Origin: Mobula hypostoma
Taxonomy: Eukaryota
Direction of reading: 5' to 3'
NCBI RefSeq assembly: GCF_963921235.1
Contig: NC_086097.1
Span: forward strand, 2,976,001 to 3,040,000
DNA: 64,000 nucleotides
The position numbers and the translations under genes are program-made. A model generated the notes under the pieces. That model made no database searches. It was not told where the DNA came from and saw only the letters and a list, made by a program, of their open reading frames with translations. Positions 12,201-24,569 of this stretch are shown one piece after another; within the stretch, counting starts at the first letter, position 1; each line of letters starts with the position of its first letter.

Positions 12201-14750
12201 TACCTGTCTTATTGCACAGGACCAGATCTATGATAAAGCGTTCCCTTGTAGGTTCAGTAACATGCTGTTCAGGAAAGCCATCAGAAGGCTACCTTGACCA
12301 ACTTGATTCACCCAATCTATGTGCAAGTTAAAGTCCCCCACGATAACTGCTGTTCCATTCTTACATGCCTCAGATATTGCTCTGCTTATTGCCTGTGCCA
12401 CTGTAATGTTATTATTTGGTGGCCAATAGCAACTTCCATCAGTGATTATTTTTCCCTTTACTATTCCTAATCTCTACCCAGATGGATTCAACATTCTGCT
12501 CCTTAGGACTTGTATTGTCTCTATTGCCCTGATCTCGTCCTTAATTAAGAGCGCTATCCCACCTCCCTTACTTTCCTGCTTATCCTTCCGTATTACTGAT
12601 ACCCTTGGATATTTAATTTAATTCCCAATCCTCTCCACACTGCAACCACGTAAAGTGCTCTTACACTCATTGTGCTTTTAAAGTCTTGTAGTCTTTCACT
12701 CTTTTGCACTTGACTTTTCTTCACCCCACTCTTACTTCTCTTTTTTAGCTTTTGCTTTTTCTTTATCCATGTTTCTCTTTATTAACTTATCCATACTTCT
12801 CCAATCTGTTGAATCTCCCCCCCCCAAACTATTTATTTTAAAGCCCTCTTCACAGCCTTAGTTATGCGATTCACTAGGATCCAGGTCCCATGACGGTTCA
12901 GGTGGAGCCCATCCCATTGGTACAGCTCCCTTCTTCCCCAATACTGTCGCCAGTTTCCCATGAATTCAAACCTATCTCTCCCACACCAATCCTTGAGCCA
13001 CACATTTAACTCTCTAATCTTCTTGACCCTATGCCAATTTGCATGTGGCTCAGGTAGTAATCCAGAGATTACTATTTTTTTGGTTTTGCTTTTTAATTTA
13101 GTCCCTAGCTGCTCAAATTCTCTCAGCAGAACCTCTTACTTTGTTCTGCCTACGTTTGGATATTGTTGGTACCCACATGGATCACAACAACTGGATCTTT
13201 CCCCTCCCACTGCAAATTGCTTTGCAGGTCGGATAAGATGTCCTGAACCTGGGCACCAGGCAGGCAGCACAGCCTTCTTTGAAACTCATGGCATTGTGGT
13301 CACTGGATGCAAGGTGTTCCCCTGCACAAACTTCTGACACCTGCACTGTCTTATTCCCTGACAGCAGATCTAGTATCACACACTCTCTCATTGGGACTTC
13401 TACATACTTATGACGGAAACTCTTCTGAACACATTAGACAACAATCCATGCAACATACATCAAAGTTGCTGGTGAACACAGCAGGCCAAGCAGCATCTAT
13501 AGGAAGAGGCGCAGTCGATGTTTCAGGCCGATCTCTTAACAAATTTGTTCCTCTAAATCCCTCGGACTGCTTGGTGGTCTGTAATATAGTCCCATTAATT
13601 TGGTCATACCTTTTTCATTTCTCAGTTCCACCCACAGCACCTCACTAGTTGAGTTCTCCAGTCTGTTCCGATAGAGCATTGCAGTGACATTTCCCCTGAC
13701 TGGTAATGCCATCTGTCTTCCTTTAATTTCCTCCCACTCTGTCATGTCTAAACAACAGAGCCCCAGAATATTGAGCTGCCAGTCCTACCCCTCCTGCAAC
13801 CAAGTCTCACTAATGACTACAACATCATAAATTCCAGGTGTTAATCCATGCCATGAGCTCATCTGCCTTTCCTACGGTACTTGCATTGAAATATACGCAG
13901 CTCAGGAAATTAGTCGTACCATGCTCAACCTTTTGGTTCTGACTTTGAGGTCTTACCAACATCTGTCTCCACAACCCCTCCACTAACTGTTCTGGAACTC
14001 TTGTACCCATCCCTCTGCAACTCTAGTTCAAACCCCACATGCAGCATTAACAAACCTTCCCCTTAGGTTGTTAGTCCCCCTCTAGTTCAGGTGCAAACTG
14101 TCCCTTCTGTATGAATCCCACTTTCCCTGGAAGAGAGCCTAATGATCCAAAAATCTTAAGCCCTCCCTCCTGCACCAACTCCTTAGCCATGTATTAAACT
14201 GTATACTCTTTCTAGTTCTGATCTCACTGGCATGTGGTACGGGTAGCAATCCTGAGATCACAACCCTGGAGGTCCTGCCCTTTAACTTAGCACCTAACTC
14301 CCTGAACTCCCTGTGCTGAACCTCGTCATTCGTCCTACCCACGTCATTGGTACCTGCATGAACCACGACCTCTGGTTGTTCACCCTCTCACTTTAGAATG
14401 CTGAAGACTCAATCCGAGGTGTTCTGGACCTTGGAGCCTGGGAGGCAACCTACCATCTGGGTATCTCTTACTTGCCCACTGAACCTCCTGTCCATTACCT
14501 GAAGTAATGAATCCCCTATCACCACGGCATGGCTCTTCTCCCCCATTCCGTTCTGAATCACAGAGGGAGGCTCAGTGCCAGAGACCTGACTGCTATGACT
14601 TTCCTCTTTGTGGTCATCCCCCCCATTACAGTATCCAAAGTGGGGGATGGCCACAGGGGTACTCTGCACTGGCTCCTTAAACTCTTTCCTCTCTCCCAGT
14701 TTCCCGTGACCTGCACCTTGGGTGTAACTACCCCTCTGTATGTCATCTCA
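9215..14750 (-). mobile_element. Cluster of decayed antisense CR1 LINEs (RT, APE endonuclease and ORF1 SGNH-esterase parts)
   Basis: Peptides LVRPNLE, VDVVYMDFSKA, KSPDPDGMHPRVL, YYRPP, VIGDS, VHAGTNDVG; many stops and frameshifts. Confidence 0.85.
11731..12074. mobile_element. 344-bp insertion of a dispersed repeat (RTE-associated UTR-like) into CR1, with a 17-bp flanking duplication
   Basis: tctccattgtttaggca at 11714-11730 and 12075-12091; a related longer copy lies at about 39150-39690; family assignment tentative. Confidence 0.6.
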
Positions 14751-15106
14751 TATGTAGTCTGTATGAAAAATGCTCTTAATAAGCTATTATTATATATGGA
14801 AAAGAAATTAAAATGTATGTGTATTTAAGTACTTGATGTGCCTATATTATTATTCTGACTGGAAAATATTAAGTTAAATTAAATTCAAGTTTATTGTCAT
14901 CTGACTGTACATATACCCAACAAATGAAATAACATTCCTCCGATCCATGATGTACACCCACAATACATTTATCACACAGAGTAAATAAAACTAAATATTA
15001 CCACAAATAAGTTAATAAAATATAATTCAAAATTCATGTGGTGTGTATAGTGTGCAGCACAGGTAATTGATAATAATTAACTATTGATAATATTGATCTA
15101 TTTCAG

Positions 15107-15230
15107 CAAAATGTTTGATGTTGAACTTTGCCCATTGCCATTTTCCTTGGAAGAAATGTTTGGTTTTATTAGCTGTCGATTCACTGGCTACCCCGCTTCA
15201 GTCCAGGAACAAGCGTTACTTTGGCTTCAT
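15107..15230 (+). CDS. UNC79: UNC79 exon C (124 nt, phase 2-0)
   Basis: tttcag|C AAA ATG ... CTT CAT|gtaagt; KMFDVELCPLPFSLEEMFGFISCRFTGYPASVQEQALLWLH; absent from the ORF track (short) but phase-compatible with both neighbours. Confidence 0.95.
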
Positions 15231-15370
15231 GTAAGTTTTTAAAAAATCTTTAATCTGAAGGTTTAGTTTGAAAGTCAGTTGAGATGTCAGTGATGTTCTG
15301 CGGGGCTGGGTGCTGGGACCACTTCTTTTTATGCTCTATATAAATTATTTAGATGATTGAATAAATGTTA

Positions 15371-16470
15371 GTCCCCCTTGGATTCAAATGCAAGTCATCC
15401 TTTTTGTACAGGTCACGTCTGCCCCAAAAGAGGTCCCAATGATCCAGAAATCTGAATCCCTGCCCCGTGCTCTAACCCCTCAGCCACGCATTTATCCTTC
15501 ACCTCACTCTATTCCTATACTCACTGTCGCGTGGCACAGGTAGTGATTACTACCTTTTGAGGTCCTGCTTTTCAACTTCTTTCCTAACTCTCTGTAGTCT
15601 GTTTTCAGGACCTCCTCCCTTTTCCTACCTATGTCATTGGTACCAATATGTACCACGACCTCTGGCTGTTCACCTTCCCACTTCAGGATATTGTGAACAC
15701 AATCAGAAACATCCCGGACCCTGGAACCAGGGAGGCAAACTACCATCCGTGTTTCTTTCCTGTGTCCACAGAATTGCCTGTCTGACCCCCTAACTATAGA
15801 GTCCCCTATCACTGCTGCCATCCTCTTCCTTTCCCTGCCCTTCTATGCCACATGGCCGGACTCTGTGCCAGAGGTGCGGCCACTTTTGCTCCCCCAGGTA
15901 GGCTGTCCCCCTGAACAGTACTCAGACAGGAGTACTTATTGTTAAGGGGGACAGCCACAGGGGTACTCTCCAGTATCTGACTCTTGCCCTTCCCTCTCCT
16001 GACTGTTACCCATTTATCTGTCTCCCGAGGCCCCAGTGCGACTACTTGCCTATAGCTCCTCTCTATCGTCTCCTCACTTTCCCTGACCAGACGAAGGTCA
16101 TCGAGCTGCATCTCCAGTTCACTAACATGGTCCCTAAGGAGCTGCAGCTCGACACACCTGGCCCGTAGCTGACATCCAGTACAGAATACTGGCCTCGCAG
16201 ACATTCTTCCTATTCCTATTCTTCACAATTAACTTACCTCGCCTCGACCCGTTGAGCCAAAGCTCTCTGACTCCCTCTTCTCTGGTGCCTGCTCTATAAA
16301 ACTGTCTTCTTTTAAGATTCTTCCCGCTGGTCTAACTTGCTGAAGTCCACGTGCCTGAGCAGTCGTGCCTTGATCAAACCACTGAAGAAAAAATGCACTC
16401 CTTTTAAATTCTTCCTGCTGGTCTAACTCACTGAAGTTCACGTGCCTACTCAGTTGTGACTTGATCTGTC
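15371..16470 (-). mobile_element. CR1 5' portion (tandem-repeated 5' UTR and ORF1) nested in a sense CR1
   Basis: ORF1 motifs (CTGC, leucine zipper, VIGDSIVR, VHIGTNDIG); ~60-bp duplicated unit at about 16318-16376 and 16409-16467; flanked by sense CR1 RT pieces at 15285-15365 and 16471-17340. Confidence 0.8.
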
Positions 16471-17340
16471 AACTTGGACAGATTAGGGGAATGGGCAAGA
16501 AAGTGGCAAATGAAATACAATGTTGGAAAATGCATGATCATGCACTTTGGTAGTAGAAATAAACCTGTGGGCTATTTTCTAAATGGAGAGAAAATCCAGG
16601 AATCTGAGCTGCCGAGGGACTTGGGAGTCCTTGTGCAGAACACCCTGAAGGTTAACTTGCAGGTTAACTTGCAGGTTCAGTTGATGGTGAGGAAAGCAAG
16701 TACGATGTTAGCATTTATTTCAAGGGGTCTAGAATACAAGAGCAAGGATGTGATGCTGAGGCTTTATAAGGCACTGGTGAGGCTTCACCTTGAGTATTGT
16801 GAACAGGTTTGGGCTCCTCATCTTAGAAAAGATACGCTGGCATTGGAGAGGATCCAGAGGAGGTTCACAAGAATGATTCCAGGAATGAAAGGGTTATCAT
16901 ATGAGGAACGTTTGATGGCTCTGGGTCTGTACTCGCTGGAATTCTGAAGGATGAGGGGGATCTCATTGAAACCTTTTGAACGTTGAAAGGCCTAGACAGA
17001 ATAGATGTGGAAAGGATGTTTCCCATGGTGAGAGAGTCTAGAACAAGAAGGCATAGCCTCAGGATAGAGGGGCACCCTTTCAAAACAGAGAAACTTCTTA
17101 GCCAAAGGGTGGTGAATTTGTGGAATTTGTTGCCACCTGCAACTGTGGAGGCCAGGTTGGTGGGTGTACTTAAGCCAGAGATTGATAGATTCTTGATCGG
17201 ACATGGCATCAAAGGTTATGGGGAGAAGATTGGGAACTGGGATTGAGGAGAAGATAGAAAAATAAGGATCAGCCATGATTGAATGGCGGAGCAGACTCGA
17301 TGGGCCAGATGGCCTAATTCTGATCTGATGTCTTATGGAA
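16471..17340 (+). mobile_element. CR1 LINE 3' part (sense to host gene)
   Basis: DRLGEWARKWQMKYNVGKC...LVRLHLEYC...QRVVNLWN; CR1 3' UTR hairpin region and tail. Confidence 0.9.
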
Positions 17341-17734
17341 ATTTTAGTGATGTTGACTATTCCTGGAGATGTAAATTGTCATAACTGCATGCTATTGTGT
17401 AACAAGAAAAGGAACTTTTCTGAAGACGAGATTCTGCAGGGCAGGCGGTGTCTAGGAAAGGGCGTAAATACTGAATGATCCTGTTCTAGGACTGCACTAT
17501 GCTTCTGTGTGCTGATGTGCTGCATACTGCAGCAGATTTTACATTCGATGGAAACTCCCAATATTTAGGGTACAGTATATGGACTCACTTTAAAATGAGT
17601 TTGATGCCACCTGTTACGTAGACATTAGGTTTTCATACATTTGCCAAAGTAAATGTATACATATGCTCAGTTAGTTTCTTGTCCTCTTGTTCTATTGTCC
17701 TCGTGCTGGTGGTCTGAGTGTCCTCGGGTGAAAA

Positions 17735-18015
17735 TAATAACAGTATTGTGCTAACTACTGTTAGAGCGCGAGGCTGTTCTGGAGTTCTGATTTCAATTTC
17801 GGTCCTGTATGTAAGGAGTTTGTATGTTCTCTCTGTAAATCGTGGGTTTTCTCTGGGTGCTCTGGTTCCATCCCACAGCCCAAAGATATTAGTTAGTGAA
17901 TTGGTCACTTTAAGTTGTCTTGTGATTAGGCGAGAGTTAAATAGGTCAGTTGCTGGGTGGTGCACTGCATTGGACTGGAAGGATCTGTTCTATGCTGTAT
18001 CTCAAAATGAAATAA
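17735..18015 (+). mobile_element. V-SINE (HE1-like) SINE; another copy at about 45270-45430
   Basis: V-domain-like core 'ggagtttgtatgttctctctgt...gtgggttttctctgggtgctctggttccatcccacagcccaaaga'. Confidence 0.7.
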
Positions 18016-18084
18016 GTAATTTCATCTGTCTTCAAATCTAGTGTGTAAAAACGCAGGTACGGTACACCTATTGTGTAAACTCTA

Positions 18085-19056
18085 GAATAATAACGCAGTA
18101 CCTCCATCCTGATCAAAAAGGCACAACAGCGCCTTTATTTCCTGCGGAGCATCAAGAAAGCTCACCTCTGTCCCAGGACACTGATGGACTTTTACCGCTG
18201 TACCATTGAGAGCATACTCACCAACTGCATCTCAGTGTGGTATGGCAATTGTCCCGTATCGGACCGCAAAGCACTCCAGTGTGTGGTGAAAACTGCCCAG
18301 TGGATTATTGGCACCCAATTGCCCACCATTGAGAACATCTACCGTAAACGCTGTCTGGGCAGGGCGAAAAGCATCATCAAGTATGCATCTCACCCTAACC
18401 ATGGACTTTTTACTCTCCTCCCATCCAGTAGGCGCTACAGGAGACTCCGCTCCCGCACCAGCAGGCACAGGAAGAGCTTCTTCCCTGAGGCTGTGACCCT
18501 GCTGAACCTCACATCACAGCGCTAAGCAGTATTGCATCCATATTGTACTGTCTCAGTACTTTTATATTTGTGTGCTGTAGCACTTACTTTTTATTCACAG
18601 TTATTTTGTAAATAACACTATTCTTTGCATTTCTGGTTAACTGCATTTCATTGGCTTTGTATCGGTACTCGGTACAATGACAATAAAATTATGATGGGTA
18701 TAGATAGAGTGAACTTTTTCCACTGAGGCAAGGGGAGAAAAAAACCAGAGGACATGGGTTTAGGGTGAAGGGGGAAAAGTTTAAAGGGAACATTAGGGGG
18801 GGCTTCTTCACACAGAGAGTGGTGGGAGTATGGAATGAGCTGCCAGACGAGGTGGTAAATGCGGGTTCTTTTTTAACATTTAATAATAAATTGGACAGAT
18901 ACATGGATGGGAGGTGTATGGAAGGATATGGTCCGTGTGCAGGTCGGTGGGACTAGGCAGAAAATGGTTCGGCACAGCCAAGAAGGGCCAAAAGGCCTGT
19001 TTCTGTGCTGTAGTTTCTATGGTTTAAAGTTGAATCTAATCTAATCTAATCTAATA
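18085..19056 (+). mobile_element. Rex/Babar LINE 3' end with a CR1 3' fragment (about 18690-19024) inserted in its tail
   Basis: ORF 18184-18525 FYRCTIESILTNCISVWYGNC...LLPSSRRYRRLRSRTSRHRKSFFPEAV; (ctaat)n tail; CR1 peptide FFTQRVVGVWNELP. Confidence 0.8.
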
Positions 19057-19322
19057 TTGAGGAAGTTTGTCTGGAACTTTGATTTTGTACTGCAGTTTTT
19101 AGCATCTAGTCACGCAAAAGCCGGAAGTTCAATACGACGTCTATTAAAGAAATTACAGCACATCTAAACATTTGTAATGATTCTTTAGTTAGAGGAGCTT
19201 TAAATTACTTGAAGGTCAAAAAACTACAGATTTTGAAATCCCCAAGTTAAAAGAGAAAGCATTGCAAATGTTTAGCAGGGTCAGGCAGCGTCTAGAGAGA
19301 AAAGAAGAGTTAATTGTTCAAG

Positions 19323-20230
19323 CAACATACATCAAAGTTGCTGGTGAACGCAGCAGGCCAAGCAGCATCTATAGGAAGAGGCGCAGTCGACGTTTCAGGC
19401 CGAGACCCTTCGTCAGGACTAACTGAAGGAAGAGTGAGTAAGGGATTTGAAAGCTGGAGGGGGAGGGGGAGATGCAAAATGATAGGAGAAGACAGGAGGG
19501 GGAGGGATAGAGCCGAGAGCTGGACAGGTGATAGGCAAAAGGGGATACGAGAGGATCATGGGACAGGAGGTCCGGGAAGAAAGACGGGGGGGGTGGTGAC
19601 CCAGAGGATGGGCAAGAGGTATATTCAGAGGGACAGAGGGAGAAAAAGGAGAGTGAGAGAAAGAATGTGTGCATAAAAATGAGTAACAGCTGGAGTACGA
19701 GGGGGAGGTGGGGCCTAGCGGAAGTTAGAGAAGTCAATGTTCATGCCATCAGGTTGGAGGCTACCCAGACGGAATATAAGGTGTTGTTCCTCCAACCTGA
19801 GTGTGGCTTCATCTTTACAGTAGAGGAGGCCGTGGATAGACATGTCAGAATGGGAATGGGATGTGGAATTAAAATGTGTGGCCACTGGGAGATCCTGCTT
19901 TCTCTGGCGGACAGAGCGTAGATGTTCAGCAAAGCGGTCTCCCAGTCTGCGTCGGGTCTCACCAATATATAAAAGGCCACATCGGGAGCACCGGACGCAG
20001 TATATCACCCCAGTCGACTCACAGGTGAAGTGATGCCTCACCTGGAAGGACTGTTTGGGGCCCTGAATGGTGGTAAGGGAGGAAGTGTAAGGGCATGTGT
20101 AGCACTTGTTCCGCTTACACGGATAAATGCCAGGAGGGAGATCAGTGGGGAGGGATGGGGGGGACGAATGGACAAGGGAGTTGTGTATGTTGCTTGAATT
20201 TCCAGCATCTGCAGAATTCCTGTTGTTTGC
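19323..20230 (-). mobile_element. Penelope-like element: GIY-YIG endonuclease C-terminus, 3' UTR and inverted terminal piece, with 15-bp TSD
   Basis: ORF 19715-20041 FTCESTGVIYCVRCSRCGLLYIGETRRRLGDRFAEH...VATHFN...LEEQHLIFRLGSLQPDGMN; TSD agttaattgttcaag at 19308-19322 and 20231-20245. Confidence 0.92.
19385..19420 (-). ncRNA. Minimal type-I hammerhead ribozyme motif in the Penelope-like element
   Basis: Minus strand reads AGUC-CUGACGA-AGGGUCUCGGCCU-GAAA-CGUC-GACU: helix I AGUC/GACU, CUGANGA and GAAA cores, GUC triplet, palindromic ACGU in place of helix III. Confidence 0.75.
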
Positions 20231-20399
20231 AGTTAATTGTTCAAGTTGCTTTGCCTAGTGTGTCCATAATTTTCTAGTTATTTACCAATTTTAATTTGAA
20301 AATTCTGAAGTGGAAAATAAACAGAAATGAAAAATGCCAATCTAATATAAAATATAGCTTCAGAATGAATTTTAAGTATTGAGTCAGAGTTTTTGAGTG

Positions 20400-21290
20400 A
20401 TAGAATCAGGTTTAATATCACTGGCATATGTCGAGAAATTTATTAACTTTGTAGCAGCAGGACAATGCAATACATAATAGAAAACTGTGAATTACATTAA
20501 GTATAGATATATTAAATAGTTAAATAAGTAGTGCAAAAATAGAAACAAAACAGTAGTGAGGTAGTGTTCATGGGTTCAATGTCCATTTATAAATTGGATG
20601 GCAGAGGGGAAGAAGCCGTTCCTGAATCATTGAGTGTGTGCCTTCAGACTTGTGTATCTCCTTCCTGATGGTAGCAATGAGAACAAGGCTTAACCTGGAT
20701 GATGGGGTCTTTAATGACGAATGTCATATTGAATACTCTTTGAAGATGCCCGAGATGCTGGGGAGGCTAGTGCCTATGATGGAGCTGACTAAGTCTACAA
20801 CTCTCTGTAGCTTACTTCAATCCTGTGCAGTTGCACCCACCCACCCTCCCCCCCCCCCGCCGCCATAACAGGCCCTGATGCAGCCAGTTTAAATGCTAGG
20901 CACAGTACACCTGTAGAAATTTGCCAGTATTTTTGGTGACATATCAGCTCTCCTCAGACTCCTCGTTAAATATAGCAGCAGGCATGTCTCCTTTGTAGCT
21001 GCATAGATATTTTGGGTCCAGGTTAGATCCTCAGAGACATTGACACCCAGAAACTTAAAATTACTCACTTCTCCTACTTCTGTTCCCTCTATGAGGACTG
21101 TTGTGTGTTCTGTCATTTTACGCTTTCTGATGTCCACAGTCAGTTCTTTGGTCTTACTGACGTTGAGCGCAAGGTTGGTGCTGCGACACCACTCCACTAT
21201 ATATCCTACTCCTGTACGCCTTTTTGTCACCATCTGAGATTCTGCCAACAATGGTTGTATCATCAGCAAATTTATAGATGGAAACAAGCC
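20400..21290 (-). mobile_element. Rex/Babar-like LINE RT fragment
   Basis: IYKFADDTTIVGRISDG, WCRSTNLALNVSKTKELTVDIRK, FKFLGVNVSEDLTW. Confidence 0.8.
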
Positions 21291-21560
21291 CTTCAGTCCA
21301 GCTCATCTCTTGCCCAGCAAGTTGATCCTGCCTGCCTGCATTTGGTCTGTACCCTCCTAAACCTCTTCTGTCCATGTACTGTACTTTATGTGCCTGTCTC
21401 CAGCACTACTTCTAATAAAGGAACCATTTAATGCTGCCATTATTTGTTGTTTGTAATATATATATAGATTCTAACAGATATAAAGTAATTTTCATTATAA
21501 ATTAACATCTACATTAATACATATTATTAACATTAACAGCATTACATATTTATTATTTAT

Positions 21561-21930
21561 GGGGGTGGTGGAATGGAGATGCATCTCTACCAAAGAGGGT
21601 GTAAGACACTCCTTCCCTGCACTAGCCTGCAGGCCTTTCTTGAGCAAAGTGTAGCACTTGCTTAGCCCCGATCAGGGTCATGTGAAGTCATGGATAGTCA
21701 CATGAGCAGCTGGTGCCTATCACAAGCCCCTGTTATGTGACCACCGACGCCAGGCAGACAATCTCTGAAGAGTATTGATAATGGCTGGGGTCACCCGTCT
21801 TGTAAAGACACTGCCCATAAGAGGCAATGGCAAACTTCTTGTTGAAAAATTTGCGAAGAACAATCATGGTTATGGGAAGACCATGATCACTAACATCATA
21901 CGACATGGCACATATCAAATGAATGAGGAT
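21561..21930 (+). mobile_element. RTE-related SINE-like repeat
   Basis: Contains 'gaggcaatggcaaac' and ends 'catggcac...atgaatga', resembling the 3' end of the RTE at 49684 (catggcacctgatgatga). Confidence 0.5.
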
Positions 21931-22097
21931 TATTATATAATGTATTATAAAAATATAATATTTTATATCATAACTATAACTAACATAATTAATTCTCATT
22001 GTCTGTAATCTTGAAATGTGATTACTTTTTGCATGAAGAATGATCAAATGATGTTTTGAAGGCTATTTCTGTTTTGAACTTGATTTTTTTTGTCTAG

Positions 22098-22238
22098 GTA
22101 TTATCAGAATTGGATATAACAGTTCCTCTACAGCTGTTGATAAGTATGTTTTCTGATGGGGTGAACTCAGTCAAAGAACTATCAAATCAAAGAAATGTAC
22201 GAACCAGTGAGCAGCCAGGCAACCCAACTGCTCGAAGG
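22098..22238 (+). CDS. UNC79: UNC79 exon D (141 nt, phase 0-0)
   Basis: ttttgtctag|GTA ... AGG|gtaatt; VLSELDITVPLQLLISMFSDGVNSVKELSNQRNVRTSEQPGNPTARR. Confidence 0.95.
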
Positions 22239-22768
22239 GTAATTGTTTCCAACTATTTCTCTTTCTGTTTAACTGTACAGATTTTATATTCGTTTCTGCT
22301 AATTTCATGTCTGTAAGGAATTGAAGAGATGCACTGACATGAGTTAGCTCTGCAAATTCTCCCTTCCTCCTCCAAGAATAATTCTTGCAAATATCTGGCT
22401 TTGATTATAAACTTGCTACTGAATTCTGACCTAACTTAGCTAAATTATTGTATTGAAATGTTACATCAGATCAATATTAAAATTTGAATACACAGCAACT
22501 ATGGTGTGTTGAAATACTAACTGTAGTTCAGTCAGAAAGTTAGTCTGTGCTTTCCTGAAGATTCGGCTCTATGTCTCTTTTGTCAAAGTCAAGTTTGTCA
22601 TATGCAGAAATACATCCAGGGACAGCAGCAATGAAAAATTAAATTGCTGCACCATCACAAACACACAGCATCAGATATACAACATTCACAAGAAAATCAA
22701 AAATTAAACATGAATTAAACAAGAAAGAACACAATTAGAACAAAAATAGAAGTCCATTGTAGTCCATT

Positions 22769-23381
22769 TACAAACAAGAGAAAATCTGCAGGTGCTGGAA
22801 ATCCAAGCAACACACAAAATACTGGAGGAACTCTGCAGGCCAGGCAGCATCCATGGAAAAGATTATTGTCAAAGTTTTGGGCTGAGACCGTTCATCAGAA
22901 CGGGAGAAAAAAGACGAGTCAGAGTTAGAAGGTGGGGGGAGGGAAGGAAGAAACACAGGTGATAGATGAAACCGGGGGGTGAGTGGGGTGGAGGGCTGAA
23001 GTAAAGAGGTGAGAAGTTTATTGGTGACAGAGATATAGGGCTGGAGAAGGGGGAATCTGGAGGGGGAAGGCAGAAGGCCATGGAAGAAAGAAAAGGGGGA
23101 GGAGCACCAGAGGGAAGTGATGGGCAGGTAAGGAGAGAGAGAAAAGGGAATAGGGAATGGTGAAGGAGGGGTGCATTACCAGAAATTTGAGAAATTGATG
23201 TTTATGTCATCAGGTTGCAGGCAACCCAGACGGAATATAAGATGTTGCTCCTCCAAACTGAGGGTGGCTTCATCACGACTGAAGGGGAGGCCATGGACTG
23301 ACATGTTGGAATGGGAATGGGAAGTGGAATTAAAATGCTGGCCACTGGGAGGTAATTAAAATGGGTGGCCACTGGGAGATT
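22769..23381 (-). mobile_element. Penelope-like element remnant (end of GIY-YIG and 3' UTR)
   Basis: Homologous to 19323-19900; degenerate hammerhead region at about 22867-22901. Confidence 0.8.
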
Positions 23382-24192
23382 CTATTGTAGTGTAGGTTAA
23401 AAAATGTGTTTTTACTGTGGTAACAATTTGTATATTGAAAACTTGATAACCAAAGCATCTTATTTATGGCAGAATTACCACTATCAGATTGCTGTGAGAT
23501 CTTGGTCCTCACAATAGCAAAATGAAGCTATCATCCATGATATTTCATGATTATCACTGTTGCTTGGAGTGGCGATTGAAATCCAGTGACTTTCCAGTTG
23601 ACTTGAATATTAAAGTCAGACTTGTTCTGCAGTTATTCGTGCATGACTTTCAGCAGCTAACGAAAAGCAGCATTTCCAGAATCATGAAATGTTTGACCAT
23701 CTCTTAGGAATTAAGTTCATTTGCGACTGTAAATAAATACAACCAAACAAAACAAAGTTCCTCTGGACCATGATGCACCCACAAAGCATATATCACATAC
23801 AACAAACTATCACCATAAATAAGTTAATAAAATATAATTTAAAGTGCATATAGTGCACAATACTGGTAAACTGTAAAGAGCTCACTGACCTAGTGATGAG
23901 ACCTCATTGGTGGGCAGGGTATTCATTAGTCTTACAGCCTGAGGGAAGAAGCTGTTACCCAGACTGGCAGTCCTTGTCCTGATGCTCCTGTGCCTCCTTC
24001 CTGATGGTAGTGGATCGAAGAGATTGTGGGATTTGTGGTAGGGATTCTCAACAATAATTTGGGCCCTTCATATGCGAAATGGGATAAGATGTAGCTGGGG
24101 AACAAGGGCACAATTGAAGTGTAAATGAAGGAAATCAATTTAACTCTTTCTTTCTTTATATCATTGTATAATGAATATATTTTTCCCTTTAG

Positions 24193-24414
24193 GTCAGTGT
24201 TGTATCAGATCCTGGACGCCGAGGCCAGCATATTACTCTTAGTCCATTTCCTAGCCCTTTTCGGAGCCCATTCCGTAGCCCAGTGCGTAGTCCATACCGT
24301 GGCTGCTTCAAGAACTTTGGTACTGTTGGAGGAAGAAACATCGATTTTGACACTGATGATGATGAAATGAACCTGCCTTGCTTCATCCTGATGTTTGATT
24401 TAATACTGAAACAG
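24193..24414 (+). CDS. UNC79: UNC79 exon E (222 nt, phase 0-0)
   Basis: ttccctttag|GTC ... CAG|gtaatg; VSVVSDPGRRGQHITLSPFPSPFRSPFRSPVRSPYRGCFKNFGTVGGRNIDFDTDDDEMNLPCFILMFDLILKQ. Confidence 0.95.
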
Positions 24415-24569
24415 GTAATGATGTTCTTACCCCATTTCCAGCAATGAAGGCCTTTGATGGAGTATCACAGAATCACAGGAAAATTGTAGCACAAATGTGT
24501 GTGAGTTTGTGATGGGACAGCGCAGAGGGAGCACTGTCCCTGTCCTGTAAGTGTGTGATGGGCCACTAC

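Noticed and set aside
15285..17340. Single 5'-inverted (twin-primed) CR1
   Set aside because: Sense RT sequence lies on both sides of the antisense ORF1 block, which fits a nested insertion or rearrangement better.
24125..24386. ORF-track frames overlapping exon E (24125-24370 +, 24189-24386 -)
   Set aside because: Off-frame or antisense shadows of the real exon; the spliced frame begins at 24193.
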